Origin: Chloroflexota bacterium
Lineage (GTDB): Bacteria; Chloroflexota; Dehalococcoidia; JACQUO01
Assembly: GCA_016210205.1 (NCBI GenBank)
Contig: JACQUO010000023.1
Location: forward strand, 153,711-217,710
Direction: 5' to 3'
Length of the DNA: 64,000 nucleotides
In this document: piece after piece, positions 18,969 through 29,441 of the stretch
Layout of the letters: each line of letters starts with the position of its first letter
Position numbering within the stretch: position 1 is the stretch's first letter
Made by a program: the position numbers and the translations under genes
The notes under the pieces: generated by a model
What the model was told of the DNA's origin: nothing
Database searches by the model: none
The model's input: only the letters and a program-made list of their open reading frames with translations

Positions 18969-21434
18969 TTAGGGGTCGGGCTGGTCCTCGGGCTGGCCCT
19001 CGGGCTGGCCCCAAGCCGTGGCCTCCGGGCCAAACCTGGTGAGGCTGCGAGCCAGCTCCCGGAGGCGCCGGTCCACCCGGCCATTGATGCTGCTGGCGGG
19101 AAACTCCCCCTTGCGCCCGCGCTGGCCGGCCCTCCCCCCCGTGAGCACCTCCATGCCGTCGTCCACGGTCTTGATGGCGTAGATGTGGAACTTGCCAGCG
19201 GCCACCGCCTCCACTACCTCCTCCTTAAGCATCAGGTGGCGGACATTCTGATGGGGTATCATCACGCCCTGACGTCCCGTGAGGCCCTTCACCTTGCAGA
19301 CGGCGTAGAACCCCTCGATTTTCTCATTCACCCCGCCGATGGCCTGGATTTCCCCCTTCTGGTTCACGGAGCCGGTGACGGCGAGGTCCTGCCGCAGGGG
19401 CAACTCCGCCAGGCTGGACAGGATGGCGTAGAGCTCCGTGGAGGAGGCGCTGTCCCCTTCGATGCCCTCATAGGACTGTTCGAAGCAGACGCTGGCAGAG
19501 AGGGACAGGGGCTTGTCCTGGGCGTACTTCCATCCCAGGTAGCCGCTCAATATCATGACGCCCTTGTCATGGATTCGACCAGAGAGATGGGATTCCCGCT
19601 CGATGTTGATGACGCCCCGGCGCCCCATGAAGGTCTGGGCGGTGACCCGGGAGGGCCGCCCGAAGGTGGTATCGCCCAAGGTGTAAACGCTCAGGCCATT
19701 GACCTGGCCCGCCTGCTCGCCATCCACCTCAATCATGATAGTGCCCTGTCTAATCATCTCCCGGATGCGGTGCTCCAGCAGATTGTGGCGGTAGAGCTTC
19801 TCGTCGATGGCCCGCCGCACATGGCGGGCCTCCACCCGCTCGGCCCCGTCCCGGGCGGCCCAGTAGTCCCCCTCCGTCACCAGCTCCTGGATTTGGGCGA
19901 AGCGGGAGGACAGCTTATCCTGGTCGGCCACCAAGCGGGCGCCGTACTCCGCCACCTTGGCCACCCCCGAGGGGGTATAGTGGCGCAGGCCCTCCTTCTC
20001 GCAGGTGCCGCAGATGAAAGCGGCGTAGGCATGCAGGTTTTGGGGCGTGCGCTCGATGACGAAATCGAAGTCGGCCTTGACCCGGAAGAGCTCCCAGAAG
20101 TCCTCATCATACGTAGAGAGCGTCTGATAGAGATTGCCATCCCCCACCAGCACCACCTTCACCTCCAGGGGAGTGGGCTGGGGCCGCATCCCCTGGGGAG
20201 CGATGAAGCCCATGAGCTCCAGGGGGTCCTCCAGGCGCACCTCTTTTTTGCGCAGGGCCCGCTTGAGGGCTTCCCAGACCCCGGGGCTGGTCAGGACATC
20301 GCGGGCCGCCAGGAGCAGGTAGCCGCCGTTGGCTATGTGGAGGGCGCCGGGCTTGAGCATGGTGTGATCGCTCAAGTACCCCCCCATAAAGAAACGCCGC
20401 TCTATTTTCCCGAAGAGGTTGCTGTAGATGGGGTTGGACTCCTCCACCACCGGTGGGCCTTTGGTGTCGCCGTTGTCCACAAAGACATTGACATGGAAGG
20501 GGATGTAGGGGTCCCGGGGGCCGGCGGAGGTGGTGATGTACTGAGGGGATTGGGCCTGGCCCTCCGTCTGCTTGAAGATATCCAGGTGGTCCCGGGTGTA
20601 GGTCTTGAGCTGCTCCAGGAAGCCCCAGAGGGGCTCGTCCTTATACTCCTCGGCCACCTCGCCAAGGAGGCGGGAGATGGTGAACTCGCCCAGCTGGCGG
20701 TCCTGCTCCGACACCCGCTCCATGGTGCGCCGCTCCGTGTCCCGGGCCTTCTCGAAAGTCTCGTCCACCCGCTTGGACAGCGCGCTGCGGCGCTCCTCTA
20801 TCTGGTTGCGCTCCTCCTCGCTCAGGGAGGCGTAATCGGCGGTGGGGATGGGCTTGCCCTCGTGGAGGGGCACCAGGTGGGCGCCCGTGGAGGTCATCTG
20901 CATGACGAAGCCCTGCTGGCGAGCCTCCTGGTCCAGCCCCTCAAAGAGCTGTTTTTGCTCCGCCTGCGCCTCCTCGACGATTTGCTTCTTCTGGAGCTCG
21001 TACTGCTCGCTGGAGAAGGCCTGGCTCAGCCCATCCTTGAGGTCGTCCTTGAGCTGGAGCACCCGGTCGCGAAAGATCTTTCCCCGGCCGGCGGGCAAGG
21101 GCACGATTTGAGGGCGGTCAGGGTCGGCGAAGTTGTGGAAATAGCACCAATCCTGGAGGCGGAAGTGGTCGCGGAGGTTTTCCTTCTCCCGGCTCACCTT
21201 CTCGATGTAGGTCTTGACCATGGAGGTCTTGCCAGTGCCCGCCAGCCCCGCCACATAGATGTTATAGCCGGCCCGCTCCATGGCCAGCCCGAACTCGATG
21301 GCCCGGGTGGCCCGGTCCTGGCCGATGAACTCCCCCAGGGGCGTCAGGTCCTTAGTGCACTCGAAGGTGAAAATCTTCTCGTCGCAGGTCCAGCGGAGCT
21401 TGTCTGCCGGGACCAAATAGCGGTTAATAGCCAT
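18969..21434 (-). CDS. Lon-like ATP-dependent protease (LonC/LonB, AAA_32 + Lon_C)
   Basis: IGQDRA, GLAGTGKT, PGALH.ANGGYL, catalytic GDSAS and IGGVNEKIEGF. Confidence 0.93.
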   Translation of the reverse strand: MAINRYLVPADKLRWTCDEKIFTFECTKDLTPLGEFIGQDRATRAIEFGLAMERAGYNIYVAGLAGTGKTSMVKTYIEKVSREKENLRDHFRLQDWCYFHNFADPDRPQIVPLPAGRGKIFRDRVLQLKDDLKDGLSQAFSSEQYELQKKQIVEEAQAEQKQLFEGLDQEARQQGFVMQMTSTGAHLVPLHEGKPIPTADYASLSEEERNQIEERRSALSKRVDETFEKARDTERRTMERVSEQDRQLGEFTISRLLGEVAEEYKDEPLWGFLEQLKTYTRDHLDIFKQTEGQAQSPQYITTSAGPRDPYIPFHVNVFVDNGDTKGPPVVEESNPIYSNLFGKIERRFFMGGYLSDHTMLKPGALHIANGGYLLLAARDVLTSPGVWEALKRALRKKEVRLEDPLELMGFIAPQGMRPQPTPLEVKVVLVGDGNLYQTLSTYDEDFWELFRVKADFDFVIERTPQNLHAYAAFICGTCEKEGLRHYTPSGVAKVAEYGARLVADQDKLSSRFAQIQELVTEGDYWAARDGAERVEARHVRRAIDEKLYRHNLLEHRIREMIRQGTIMIEVDGEQAGQVNGLSVYTLGDTTFGRPSRVTAQTFMGRRGVINIERESHLSGRIHDKGVMILSGYLGWKYAQDKPLSLSASVCFEQSYEGIEGDSASSTELYAILSSLAELPLRQDLAVTGSVNQKGEIQAIGGVNEKIEGFYAVCKVKGLTGRQGVMIPHQNVRHLMLKEEVVEAVAAGKFHIYAIKTVDDGMEVLTGGRAGQRGRKGEFPASSINGRVDRRLRELARSLTRFGPEATAWGQPEGQPEDQPDP

Positions 21435-21544
21435 GAATATCCTCCTGGATGGGATGCTCTCTTTGTCCTTGTCCCAGGCATTCTAAGGAAGTGCGCCAAG
21501 ATTGGCAATAGCCCAGGGACGCACGGGTTAAGGCCAGGGATTAT

Positions 21545-23353
21545 TCATGCCCCCAGCTTGAGTACTGCCATGAAGGCCTCCTGGGGGATTTCCACATTGC
21601 CCACCCGCTTCATGCGCTTCTTGCCCTCAGCCTGCTTCTCCAGAAGCTTGCGTTTGCGGGTGACATCGCCGCCGTAGCACTTGGCAAGGACATCCTTGCG
21701 CATGGCCTTGACATTCTCCCGAGCCACCACCTTCCCCCCGATGGCCGCCTGCACCGCCACCTCGAAGAGCTGGCGTGGGATGAGTCCCCGGAGCTTCTCC
21801 ACCAGCTCCCGTCCCCGGCGATGGGCGTCGTCCCTGCGCACGATGGTGGAGAGGGCATCCACGGGCTGCCCGTTGACCAGGATATCCAGCTTCACCAGGG
21901 GCGCGGGACGATAGTCAGCGAAGGCGTAATCCAGACTGGCGTAGCCCTGGGTGAGAGACTTCAGGGGGTCGTAGAAATCCACCAGCATGTGGGCCAGGGG
22001 CATGGCGTACTCCAGATGCACCCGGGCCCCCACCTCCTTCTCCCCGCCGATGTAGCTCATATGCTTATACTCGCCACGGCGGGCGGTGACCAGCTCCATG
22101 ATGGGGCCGATGTAGCGCGAAGGGGCGATGATGGTGATAGCCATCCAGGGCTCGCGAATCTCCGCCGTCTCCTGAGGCGGCGGCAGGCGGGCGGGGCTGT
22201 CCACCGTCATCAGAGAGCCATCGGTCTTGAGGGCCTGATAGGCCACGCTGGGAGCGGTGATGACCAGGCTCAGGCCATACTCCCGCTCCAGCCGTTCCCG
22301 GACAATTTCCATGTGAAGGAGGCCCAAAAAGCCGCAGCGAAAACCGAAGCCTAGGGCGGCGCTGGACTCGGGCTCGTAGGAGAGGGAAGCGTCGTTGAGC
22401 TTGAGCTTGTCCAGAGCGTCCCGGAGCAGGGGGTAATCGCCCCCCTCCACGGGATAGAGGCCGGCGAAGACCATGGGTTTGGCGGGGCGATAGCCCGAGA
22501 GGGCCGTCGCCGCAGGGCGCTCGGCCCCGGTGATGGTGTCCCCCACCTGGCAGTCCTTGACATTCTTGAGGCCGGTGGCAATATAACCCACCTCGCCAGC
22601 GGCCAGACCCTCCCCTGGGGTGAGAACGGGGCGGAAGGTCCCCACCTCCAGCGCTTCCATCTCTTTGCCCGTGGCCATGGCGCGCAGGCGCTGGCCCGAG
22701 GCCATCCGGCCGTCCACCAGGCGCACATAGGCGATGACCCCCTTATAGGGGTCGAACATGGAATCGAAGATGAGGGCGCGGGCCTCCGCCTCGGGCCGGC
22801 CCCGCGGCGGGGGCACCCGGCGCACCACCGCCTCCAGCACCTCCCGGACTCCCGTCCCCTCCTTGGCGGAGACCAGGAGGGCCTCCCCCAGGCCCAGGGT
22901 CTCTTTTATCTCCTGAACCACCCGTTGGGGGGCGGCGGAAGGCAGGTCTATCTTGTTGACCACGGGGATGAGCGTCAGGTTCTGCTCCAGGGCAAAATAG
23001 ACATTGGCCAGGGTCTGGGCCTGGATGCCCTGGGTGGCGTCCACCACCAGCACGGCGCCCTCGCAGGCGGCCAGGGCCCGAGACACCTCGTAGGAGAAGT
23101 CCACATGGCCAGGGGTGTCGATGAGGTTGAGCTGATAGGCCTGGCCATCGGCAGCTTTGTACTCCATGCGCACCGGGTGGGCCTTGATGGTGATGCCCTT
23201 TTCCCGCTCCAAGTCCATGGCATCCAGCACCTGTTCCGCCATCTGGCGGGGGGCCAGGGTGCCCGTGAGCTCCAGGAAGCGGTCCGCCAGGGTGGACTTG
23301 CCGTGGTCGATGTGGGCGATGATGCAGAAGTTGCGGATGCGAGATGGCTCCAT
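21545..23353 (-). CDS. lepA: Elongation factor 4 (LepA)
   Basis: [52 protein letters not shown]. Confidence 0.98.
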   Translation of the reverse strand: MEPSRIRNFCIIAHIDHGKSTLADRFLELTGTLAPRQMAEQVLDAMDLEREKGITIKAHPVRMEYKAADGQAYQLNLIDTPGHVDFSYEVSRALAACEGAVLVVDATQGIQAQTLANVYFALEQNLTLIPVVNKIDLPSAAPQRVVQEIKETLGLGEALLVSAKEGTGVREVLEAVVRRVPPPRGRPEAEARALIFDSMFDPYKGVIAYVRLVDGRMASGQRLRAMATGKEMEALEVGTFRPVLTPGEGLAAGEVGYIATGLKNVKDCQVGDTITGAERPAATALSGYRPAKPMVFAGLYPVEGGDYPLLRDALDKLKLNDASLSYEPESSAALGFGFRCGFLGLLHMEIVRERLEREYGLSLVITAPSVAYQALKTDGSLMTVDSPARLPPPQETAEIREPWMAITIIAPSRYIGPIMELVTARRGEYKHMSYIGGEKEVGARVHLEYAMPLAHMLVDFYDPLKSLTQGYASLDYAFADYRPAPLVKLDILVNGQPVDALSTIVRRDDAHRRGRELVEKLRGLIPRQLFEVAVQAAIGGKVVARENVKAMRKDVLAKCYGGDVTRKRKLLEKQAEGKKRMKRVGNVEIPQEAFMAVLKLGA

Positions 23354-23404
23354 GGGGCTCATAGTAGCACGGGGAAGGGGTGGATACAAGGAGCGGGAAG
23401 GGGA

Positions 23405-24328
23405 CTACCTCAGCTCCCAGCGGAAGGAACGTTCGGGCACACCGTAGAGACCGAGAACAATGAGCCGCATCCAGCGGGCTCCCGGAGCCACGGCGGGGAA
23501 GGCCAGGGAGACTTCACGATGATGCCCTCCGGCGGGCGCGCCGTCCCAGGACAGGGGCCGGTAGCGGTTCCCTTGGCTGTCCTCCAGCACCGCCACCGCC
23601 GCGGGGTCGAAGGACAGGGAGCCCTGGTGCGTATCGAAAGCAACCTTGAGGTTGACCGGGAAGCCGGGGGCCCAGGAACGCGGCGAGACCTCCACCCCCA
23701 GGCCGCCGGCCTCAGCGCTCTGGGGCACCAAGCTCATGGGAGCGAGAATGGCGCTGACGTTGGCAGCCTGGCTCCCCGAGTTCAGGTTGAGCCAGAAGAC
23801 CATAGGAAGAGCCACCAGGGCCAAGGCGATGACGCCTCCCCTGACCTTGGGTAAGTTCAGGACCGCCAAGGGGCCCAAGATGCCTTTCCCCGGCTGATAA
23901 AGCCCCCGGGCCCGAATATGCTGGAGCATCTGGAGTATGCCCCAGAGGTTGGCCACCAGGCCCACCGCCAGGAAGAAGGGCTGGTACTGCGAAAGGAACG
24001 GGGCCAGGGCAGAGAGGCCGAGGAGGGGCAGGACATCGGCGCCGTGATGCAAGCAGCACGCCACCATGGCCCCGCCGGATACCCCGCCGCTGGCGGCCAC
24101 GGAGGCCAAGCCCTGGGCCTGGCGCAGGTGCGCCTGCTGTCGGATGTGCCAGAAGAGGCCGGCCTGTAAGCCGAAGCCCGCCGCCAGCAGCCCCAGCCAC
24201 GGCTCCAGGGCCAAGAACTGCTGCCAGGCATGGGGCCAGGACTCGGCCACGCCCAGGACCACCAAGAATAGACTGATGAGCAGAGCGCCTGCGGCAACTC
24301 CCACCGCAAGGGGTCGAGGCGAGGACAT
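23405..24328 (-). CDS. Hypothetical membrane protein with CCLHH motif and His-motif extracytoplasmic domain (putative metal binding)
   Basis: About 5 TM segments, MVACCLHH; C-terminal FDTH..L.FD and WDG...GGHHRE. Confidence 0.65.
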   Translation of the reverse strand: MSSPRPLAVGVAAGALLISLFLVVLGVAESWPHAWQQFLALEPWLGLLAAGFGLQAGLFWHIRQQAHLRQAQGLASVAASGGVSGGAMVACCLHHGADVLPLLGLSALAPFLSQYQPFFLAVGLVANLWGILQMLQHIRARGLYQPGKGILGPLAVLNLPKVRGGVIALALVALPMVFWLNLNSGSQAANVSAILAPMSLVPQSAEAGGLGVEVSPRSWAPGFPVNLKVAFDTHQGSLSFDPAAVAVLEDSQGNRYRPLSWDGAPAGGHHREVSLAFPAVAPGARWMRLIVLGLYGVPERSFRWELR

Positions 24329-24461
24329 AACTAATCTCCGGGCATTTCGTGGGCCTGTCCGACCAGTCACAACCTAACGGCCCCATGTGAAGAAGGGATG
24401 GAGAAGCCGGGGAGAATTGATGGAAGTGGGCCGGGGGCTCAGCCTCGCTTAAGGCTGGTGG

Positions 24462-25310
24462 CTACCGCGGCAGGGGGTAGTTGGCGAAGAGCCACTCCTG
24501 GGCCTCGAGGCATTGGGGGCGGCCCTCCACCATCACATTGTTGTGGATGCGGATGAGGCGACGCTCCCAGGCGGCGGGCAGGGCGGGGATGTCGGCGGCG
24601 GCGGAGAGGAGCACCCGGGCCTGGAGCCGCTGGAGGTGCCCCAGGAGCGCCTCCCAGTCCTCCTCGCAGAAGGCGCAGGGCGTCTTCCAGTCGGACTGCC
24701 AGTAGGGGGGGTCAACGTAGAAGCAGGTGTCCGGAGCATCGTAGCGTTCCAGCACCGCCGCGTAGTCCCCGTGGGTTATCTCCACGCTCTTCAGGCGGCG
24801 CTGCCAGTGGAGCAGGCCCTCCACCACCTCCATCCGCTCCCCCACGCAGTCACCGCTCACCTCCAGGCACTCGTAGTTGCAGCTTCCCAAAATCAGGTAC
24901 ATGAAGCGGTAGAAACGCTCCACCGGGTCCTCGCCCTCACGGGGGCAGGCAGCCTCCTGGGCCAGGGCCTGGAAGCGGTGCTGGCTCAGCGCCCATTCCT
25001 TCGCTCGCAGGACACGGCGCTGGGCGGCGGTGTGGTCGCGGATGAACTGGTAGGCGAAGGCGATGTCAGGGTTGAGGTCGTTGATGACCTCTTGAGGCGA
25101 GGGGCTCTTGCGGAAGAGGACGGCGGCGCCGCCGGCGAAGGGTTCGGCGTAGAGGTGATGGGCCGGTAAGAGGCTGAGGATGATGCTGCTGATGCCAGTG
25201 TTGCCGCCGGGGCTGCCGAAGGGCTTGCGCCGGGCCCAGGGCCGCTGGCCGCGACGCTCCACCTCCACCTGGTACTCCCAAAGCTCACGCTTGTCTTTGG
25301 CCCTGGTCAT
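24462..25310 (-). CDS. DNA adenine methyltransferase, D12/Dam-like (alpha class), orphan
   Basis: EPFAGGAAV (motif I), INDLN, YVDPPY (motif IV), EWLFANY; ATGA overlap with MFS stop. Confidence 0.85.
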   Translation of the reverse strand: MTRAKDKRELWEYQVEVERRGQRPWARRKPFGSPGGNTGISSIILSLLPAHHLYAEPFAGGAAVLFRKSPSPQEVINDLNPDIAFAYQFIRDHTAAQRRVLRAKEWALSQHRFQALAQEAACPREGEDPVERFYRFMYLILGSCNYECLEVSGDCVGERMEVVEGLLHWQRRLKSVEITHGDYAAVLERYDAPDTCFYVDPPYWQSDWKTPCAFCEEDWEALLGHLQRLQARVLLSAAADIPALPAAWERRLIRIHNNVMVEGRPQCLEAQEWLFANYPLPR

Positions 25311-26632
25311 GTCTTCGCTCCGGGACTCGGGCTGGCGGCGACGGTGCTGGCCGTCCGCGGCTCCAGGCTCCTCTTGGGCAGGGGCAGGAAGTAGAGGAAG
25401 ACCATACCGATAAGGCCCAGGAGGCCCGAGACCAGGAAGGCGAGGGTGTAGGTCCCGGTGGCATCCCAGAGCAAGGCGTAGAGGAAGGTGGCGCTGGCCG
25501 AGGCCGCGGTGGTGATGGGCGCCATCACCCCCATGATGATGGGCAGGTTAACTACCCCAAAGAGGTCCCCCACATAGACATTCCACAGGGCCAGACCGCA
25601 GCCGTAGCCGATGCCGAAGATAACGCTAAAAATGAAATAGGTGGTAGCATCCCTCACCGCGAAAGCGGCGAAGAGCATACTGAAGGCGGTGGCCCCCAGG
25701 GTTATCCACAGGATGGGCTTGCGCCCCCAGCGGTCCATAAGGCGGTCCGAGGTCCAGCCCCCCACAATCCGCCCCGCGATGGCGGCGAGGACGATGGCGG
25801 AGTAGGCGGCGGTGACGAAGCCCCCGTCCAGCTTGAGGTCGATACGGCCCCAGGCCTGGACCTGGCCCAGGGTGGGCACCACGGAGGTCATGTAGCCCAG
25901 CTCGGTGAGGACGAGGAGCCAGAAGGTGGGGGTGCGCAGCACCTCTTTCATAGACCAGCGCGTCGAGCGCACGGCGAAGTCCCGGCGGCGCTTCAGCTCC
26001 TCCTCAGTGGGCTTGATGCCGTCGGGATAGGTGCCCGCCTTCTCGGGGCTGTCCACGATGAAAGCACCCCCGATGAGGGCCAGGACCGCGAAGAAGATGG
26101 CGAAGCCCAGATAGCCGTTCCGCCAACCCCAGTTGCTGTTGAGCCATTCCGCCATGGGAGCCCCTATAAAAAGGCCCCCGCTGAGGCCGATGCCCGCCAG
26201 GCTCTGGGCCAGCCCCGCCCGGCGCATGAACCAGCGCCGTACCGGGACATTGGTGGGGATGCCACTGGCAATCTGCACCCCGATGCGAGTGAGGACGCCA
26301 TAGGTGAGATAGAAGTGCCAGGGCTCCCGGGTGAGGCTGATGGACCAGGTGGCCAGGGCCCCGATGATAGCTCCAACGAAAATCATGCGCCGGGCCCCCA
26401 CCCGGTCCAGGAGGGTTCCAATGAAGGGGGAGGAGAGGGCCCCGGTGACGAAGGCGATGGTGAAGCCCAGGGAGAGGGTGGAACGGCTCCAGCCAAATTC
26501 TTGAAGCAGATAGGGGAAGAAATAGCCGAAGGAGAACTGGACAGCGTTGCCCCCCAGCATCACCACCGAGGCGCCTACCAGCACAATCCAGCCGTAGAAG
26601 ATGCCCTTCTTGTGCTCCGTCAGGGTCGCCAT
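25307..26632 (-). CDS. MFS transporter (OFA/monocarboxylate-like)
   Basis: FYGWIV, GTLLDRVGARR motif A, WF.RRAGLA, 12 TM. Confidence 0.9.
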   Translation of the reverse strand: MATLTEHKKGIFYGWIVLVGASVVMLGGNAVQFSFGYFFPYLLQEFGWSRSTLSLGFTIAFVTGALSSPFIGTLLDRVGARRMIFVGAIIGALATWSISLTREPWHFYLTYGVLTRIGVQIASGIPTNVPVRRWFMRRAGLAQSLAGIGLSGGLFIGAPMAEWLNSNWGWRNGYLGFAIFFAVLALIGGAFIVDSPEKAGTYPDGIKPTEEELKRRRDFAVRSTRWSMKEVLRTPTFWLLVLTELGYMTSVVPTLGQVQAWGRIDLKLDGGFVTAAYSAIVLAAIAGRIVGGWTSDRLMDRWGRKPILWITLGATAFSMLFAAFAVRDATTYFIFSVIFGIGYGCGLALWNVYVGDLFGVVNLPIIMGVMAPITTAASASATFLYALLWDATGTYTLAFLVSGLLGLIGMVFLYFLPLPKRSLEPRTASTVAASPSPGAKT

Positions 26633-26899
26633 CGTCTCGTCTTTCTTTCTAGCGGCCTGCAGGGCCGATGAGAGAGCCGAGAAATCCCCGGCCGGCGGTG
26701 AGGGCACGAGATGCTATCGCTGCGGGGCAAGCCAGGTATGGCCTTAGCTTATGCGGAATTTATCCAGCATCCTTTCCAGAGGAAGGATAGCCAAACCCCG
26801 CCCTTAAGTCAAGCCAAGCTAGGAAACCAAGTGCCGCAGGATGATCGCCAGACCCGCAGCGAAGCTTTTCGAGCCGGGCCCTGGGGCTAGGCCACCACC

Positions 26900-27982
26900 C
26901 TAAGGGCCCGCCGCTGACACCAGCCTCGGCAGGCGCTCCTCTCTGGCCTCTAGGGCCAGGAAGGCGTCTATCCTGGAGTCCGCCCAGGCACGCTGGTGCT
27001 GGTGGGTGGGGTGGGGTCGGAAAAGATGGCGACAAGCCTCCGGATCAGCCCCTCGTATCTCCATATCCTCCAGCCGGCCCGCCCCCAGGCCGCCTCGCAC
27101 GCAGTAAGACAGATACCCCACCTGGGCCACAGGGAAACCCATAAGCTCGGAGGCCAAGCAGTCAGCAGCCACGGGGTCGACGCTGGCTATGGCCACATCC
27201 CAGGACACGGCATGGCCAGCTCCCGGGCCATCTCCCTCCATGCCCCAGTAGCCGTCGATGACACTGAGATGGGGGCGGAAGCGCCGCGCCACCAAATACA
27301 AGTTCAAATTTTGGGTAGGAAAGCCCTGGTGCATCCGCTGGCGGTCGTTGTCGCTGACGCCTTGCACCACACCGCCCTTGACCCGCTCCATGATGGGCGT
27401 GTACTTCACAAAGGCGGGGATATAGTAATAGGCCTGGCGCATGAGGTCCCGAAACGCCCCCTGGGGACCCGAGGGCACCTGATAGTAAAGGCTGCCCATA
27501 ATCAGGTTCTTGAGGGAGAGGGTGACCAGGACGCAGTCATGGGTCTTGGGAGGGCAAAGGGAGACCACAAAATCCGCCTCGGCCACGGGGCGGGAGAAGC
27601 GCAGGGTCATGGGGTTCAGGTCTCGGTCCCGAACCTCCACCTTGCCCCAGGGGCCATCGTTCAGGTCCAAAAGTTTCAGGCCGTATTGCTTAGCCATCTC
27701 CCGGTAGCCGAAGCTGCGATAGGCGATATGGGCCGGGAACCCCGTCCCCTCGGCGATGGCGATGGGGCCGGCAAACCGAGGCCGCAGGAAGTCTAGCAGC
27801 GCCCGCACGGCCTCGGCCTGGGTGGAGGCCAGGGGCACGGTAACAGAGGCCAGGTTGACCTTGATGAGGATGCGCCGGACGCCCTCCAGGTGAATCTCGG
27901 GGGCGATGAGGTCTAAGGCACGCCGGATATTGTCGTAGCGGCCGCCGCCCCGGGCCAGACCCACCTTAGGCTTTGGGGGCAC
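26900..27982 (-). CDS. DUF362 domain protein (putative Fe-S)
   Basis: ILIKVNL, PKTHD..VTLSLKN, DG..GMEGDGP..G, DPVAAD. Confidence 0.85.
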   Translation of the reverse strand: MPPKPKVGLARGGGRYDNIRRALDLIAPEIHLEGVRRILIKVNLASVTVPLASTQAEAVRALLDFLRPRFAGPIAIAEGTGFPAHIAYRSFGYREMAKQYGLKLLDLNDGPWGKVEVRDRDLNPMTLRFSRPVAEADFVVSLCPPKTHDCVLVTLSLKNLIMGSLYYQVPSGPQGAFRDLMRQAYYYIPAFVKYTPIMERVKGGVVQGVSDNDRQRMHQGFPTQNLNLYLVARRFRPHLSVIDGYWGMEGDGPGAGHAVSWDVAIASVDPVAADCLASELMGFPVAQVGYLSYCVRGGLGAGRLEDMEIRGADPEACRHLFRPHPTHQHQRAWADSRIDAFLALEAREERLPRLVSAAGP

Positions 27983-27983
27983 C

Positions 27984-29441
27984 CTAAGCGCCTTTGGTGA
28001 CCGAGAAGTTCTTGATGTGACCTGCCGCCTTCTTGCCCGAGCGCCAGAGGAAGGCTAAATCGCGAGGGCGGCGAATCCCAGCTACCTTCCTGAGGACAAA
28101 CTCCGGCTCTAAAATCACCTTGTATACCCCCGCGACCAGGGCCCGCACCGCCTCATCCTCCATGGGGGTGACCATGACCGGCTCGCCCATGTCATAGCGC
28201 TCCCAGTCCAAAGTCTTGAGCAGGCCCTGCTCCTGGCACTCCCGGAAGAGGGGCGTCCCGGGATAGGGGATGACCACCGTAGCCTGGGCTGTCTGGGCAT
28301 AGCCTTTCTTAAGGAGGTATTTCCCCAGCTCCAGGGTCTTCTGGGCCTCCTCCCGGGTCTCCCAGGGATAGCCAAACATAATGGTGATGTGGGGCTCCAG
28401 CCCCGCCCGGCGCGCCGCTTTGCAGGACTCTTCGATTTGGCTCACTGCCAGACCCTTGTCCAGCCGGTCCAGGGTCTTCTGGTTGGCGGACTCCAGGCCG
28501 AAGAGGAGGAGGCGGAAGCCCGCTTTCTTCATGAGACGGTATTCCTCGGCGTCCAAGGCCCCGAAGCGCATGTTGCAATCCAGGATGACCTCTTTGTGGT
28601 AGCCCCGCTCCATCATCCCCTGGCAGAAGCGTCGCAGCCACTGCCCCGTGGGAAAGCTGCCCGTATCGTCCATGATTTCTTTGACTTTATAGCGCTCGAT
28701 GAGTTGGCCGACCTCATCCAGGAGCGACTCCGGCCGCCGCACCCGGTACTTGGGATAAAGGGTGGTCCAGGAGCAGAAGGAGCAGCGGTGATACCAGCAG
28801 TCCCTGCCCGCCATGGTGTAGGTGCCAGGGAGCACACAGTAGTTGCCGTTGCGCTCGCTGTAAAGCTGCCATTGGGTCAGGTCACGGTCGATGAGGGGGA
28901 GAGAACTGAGGTCATGATGCAGCTGGAAGGGGCCGGTGTTGGCCACCTTTCCCTCCCCGTCCCGATGCCAGATGCCCGGCTCCAAAGGGTCTTCCCCCTC
29001 AAGGTGGCGGGCCAGGTTGGCCAGGAGGAAATCATAGTCTCCCCCCGTTAGCACATAGTCCACGAGGCTGTTCTCAAAGGATTCCTCTGGAAGAGCGGTG
29101 ACATGGTCGCCCATGAGGGCCACTTTGACGCCCGGCAAGGCCTCCTTAAGCTGGCCCAAGATGCCCCAGTGGGACTTGACCACCGGGGTCTTGGTCTCCA
29201 TGGCGATGAGATCCGGGGGGGCCTGGCGCAGCGCCTCCAGCCACTGGGGAAAGGTCTGCTCGCCAGCGATGCCGTCAGCCCAGATGACATGGTGTCCGTC
29301 CCGGGCCAGGAGGGTGGCCGCAGCGGCGGGCACCACTGGGTAGATATAGGTAGACTCCTTGAACCACTGGAACTGGCGGTTCTGGGCCAGGAGGGGGGTG
29401 CCCTTGCCCGCCAAGGGAGGGAAGCCGATGGCAATCTTCAA
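27984..29441 (-). CDS. B12-binding-domain radical SAM protein
   Basis: N-terminal cobalamin-binding-like domain (GDHVTALPEE), CWYHRCSFC cluster motif, FGLESA, PYPGTPL. Confidence 0.9.
   Translation of the reverse strand: MKIAIGFPPLAGKGTPLLAQNRQFQWFKESTYIYPVVPAAAATLLARDGHHVIWADGIAGEQTFPQWLEALRQAPPDLIAMETKTPVVKSHWGILGQLKEALPGVKVALMGDHVTALPEESFENSLVDYVLTGGDYDFLLANLARHLEGEDPLEPGIWHRDGEGKVANTGPFQLHHDLSSLPLIDRDLTQWQLYSERNGNYCVLPGTYTMAGRDCWYHRCSFCSWTTLYPKYRVRRPESLLDEVGQLIERYKVKEIMDDTGSFPTGQWLRRFCQGMMERGYHKEVILDCNMRFGALDAEEYRLMKKAGFRLLLFGLESANQKTLDRLDKGLAVSQIEESCKAARRAGLEPHITIMFGYPWETREEAQKTLELGKYLLKKGYAQTAQATVVIPYPGTPLFRECQEQGLLKTLDWERYDMGEPVMVTPMEDEAVRALVAGVYKVILEPEFVLRKVAGIRRPRDLAFLWRSGKKAAGHIKNFSVTKGA

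Noticed and set aside
18978-19012. 12-nt tandem repeat at the Lon C-terminus (GQPE GQPE DQPD)
   Set aside because: Three degenerate in-frame units in a disordered tail; not CRISPR-like
19185-21677. Long antisense ORFs (also 30446-32239, 48649-51279, 54544-56709, 4690-6162)
   Set aside because: Shadow frames of well-supported genes in high-GC DNA; no motifs or RBS
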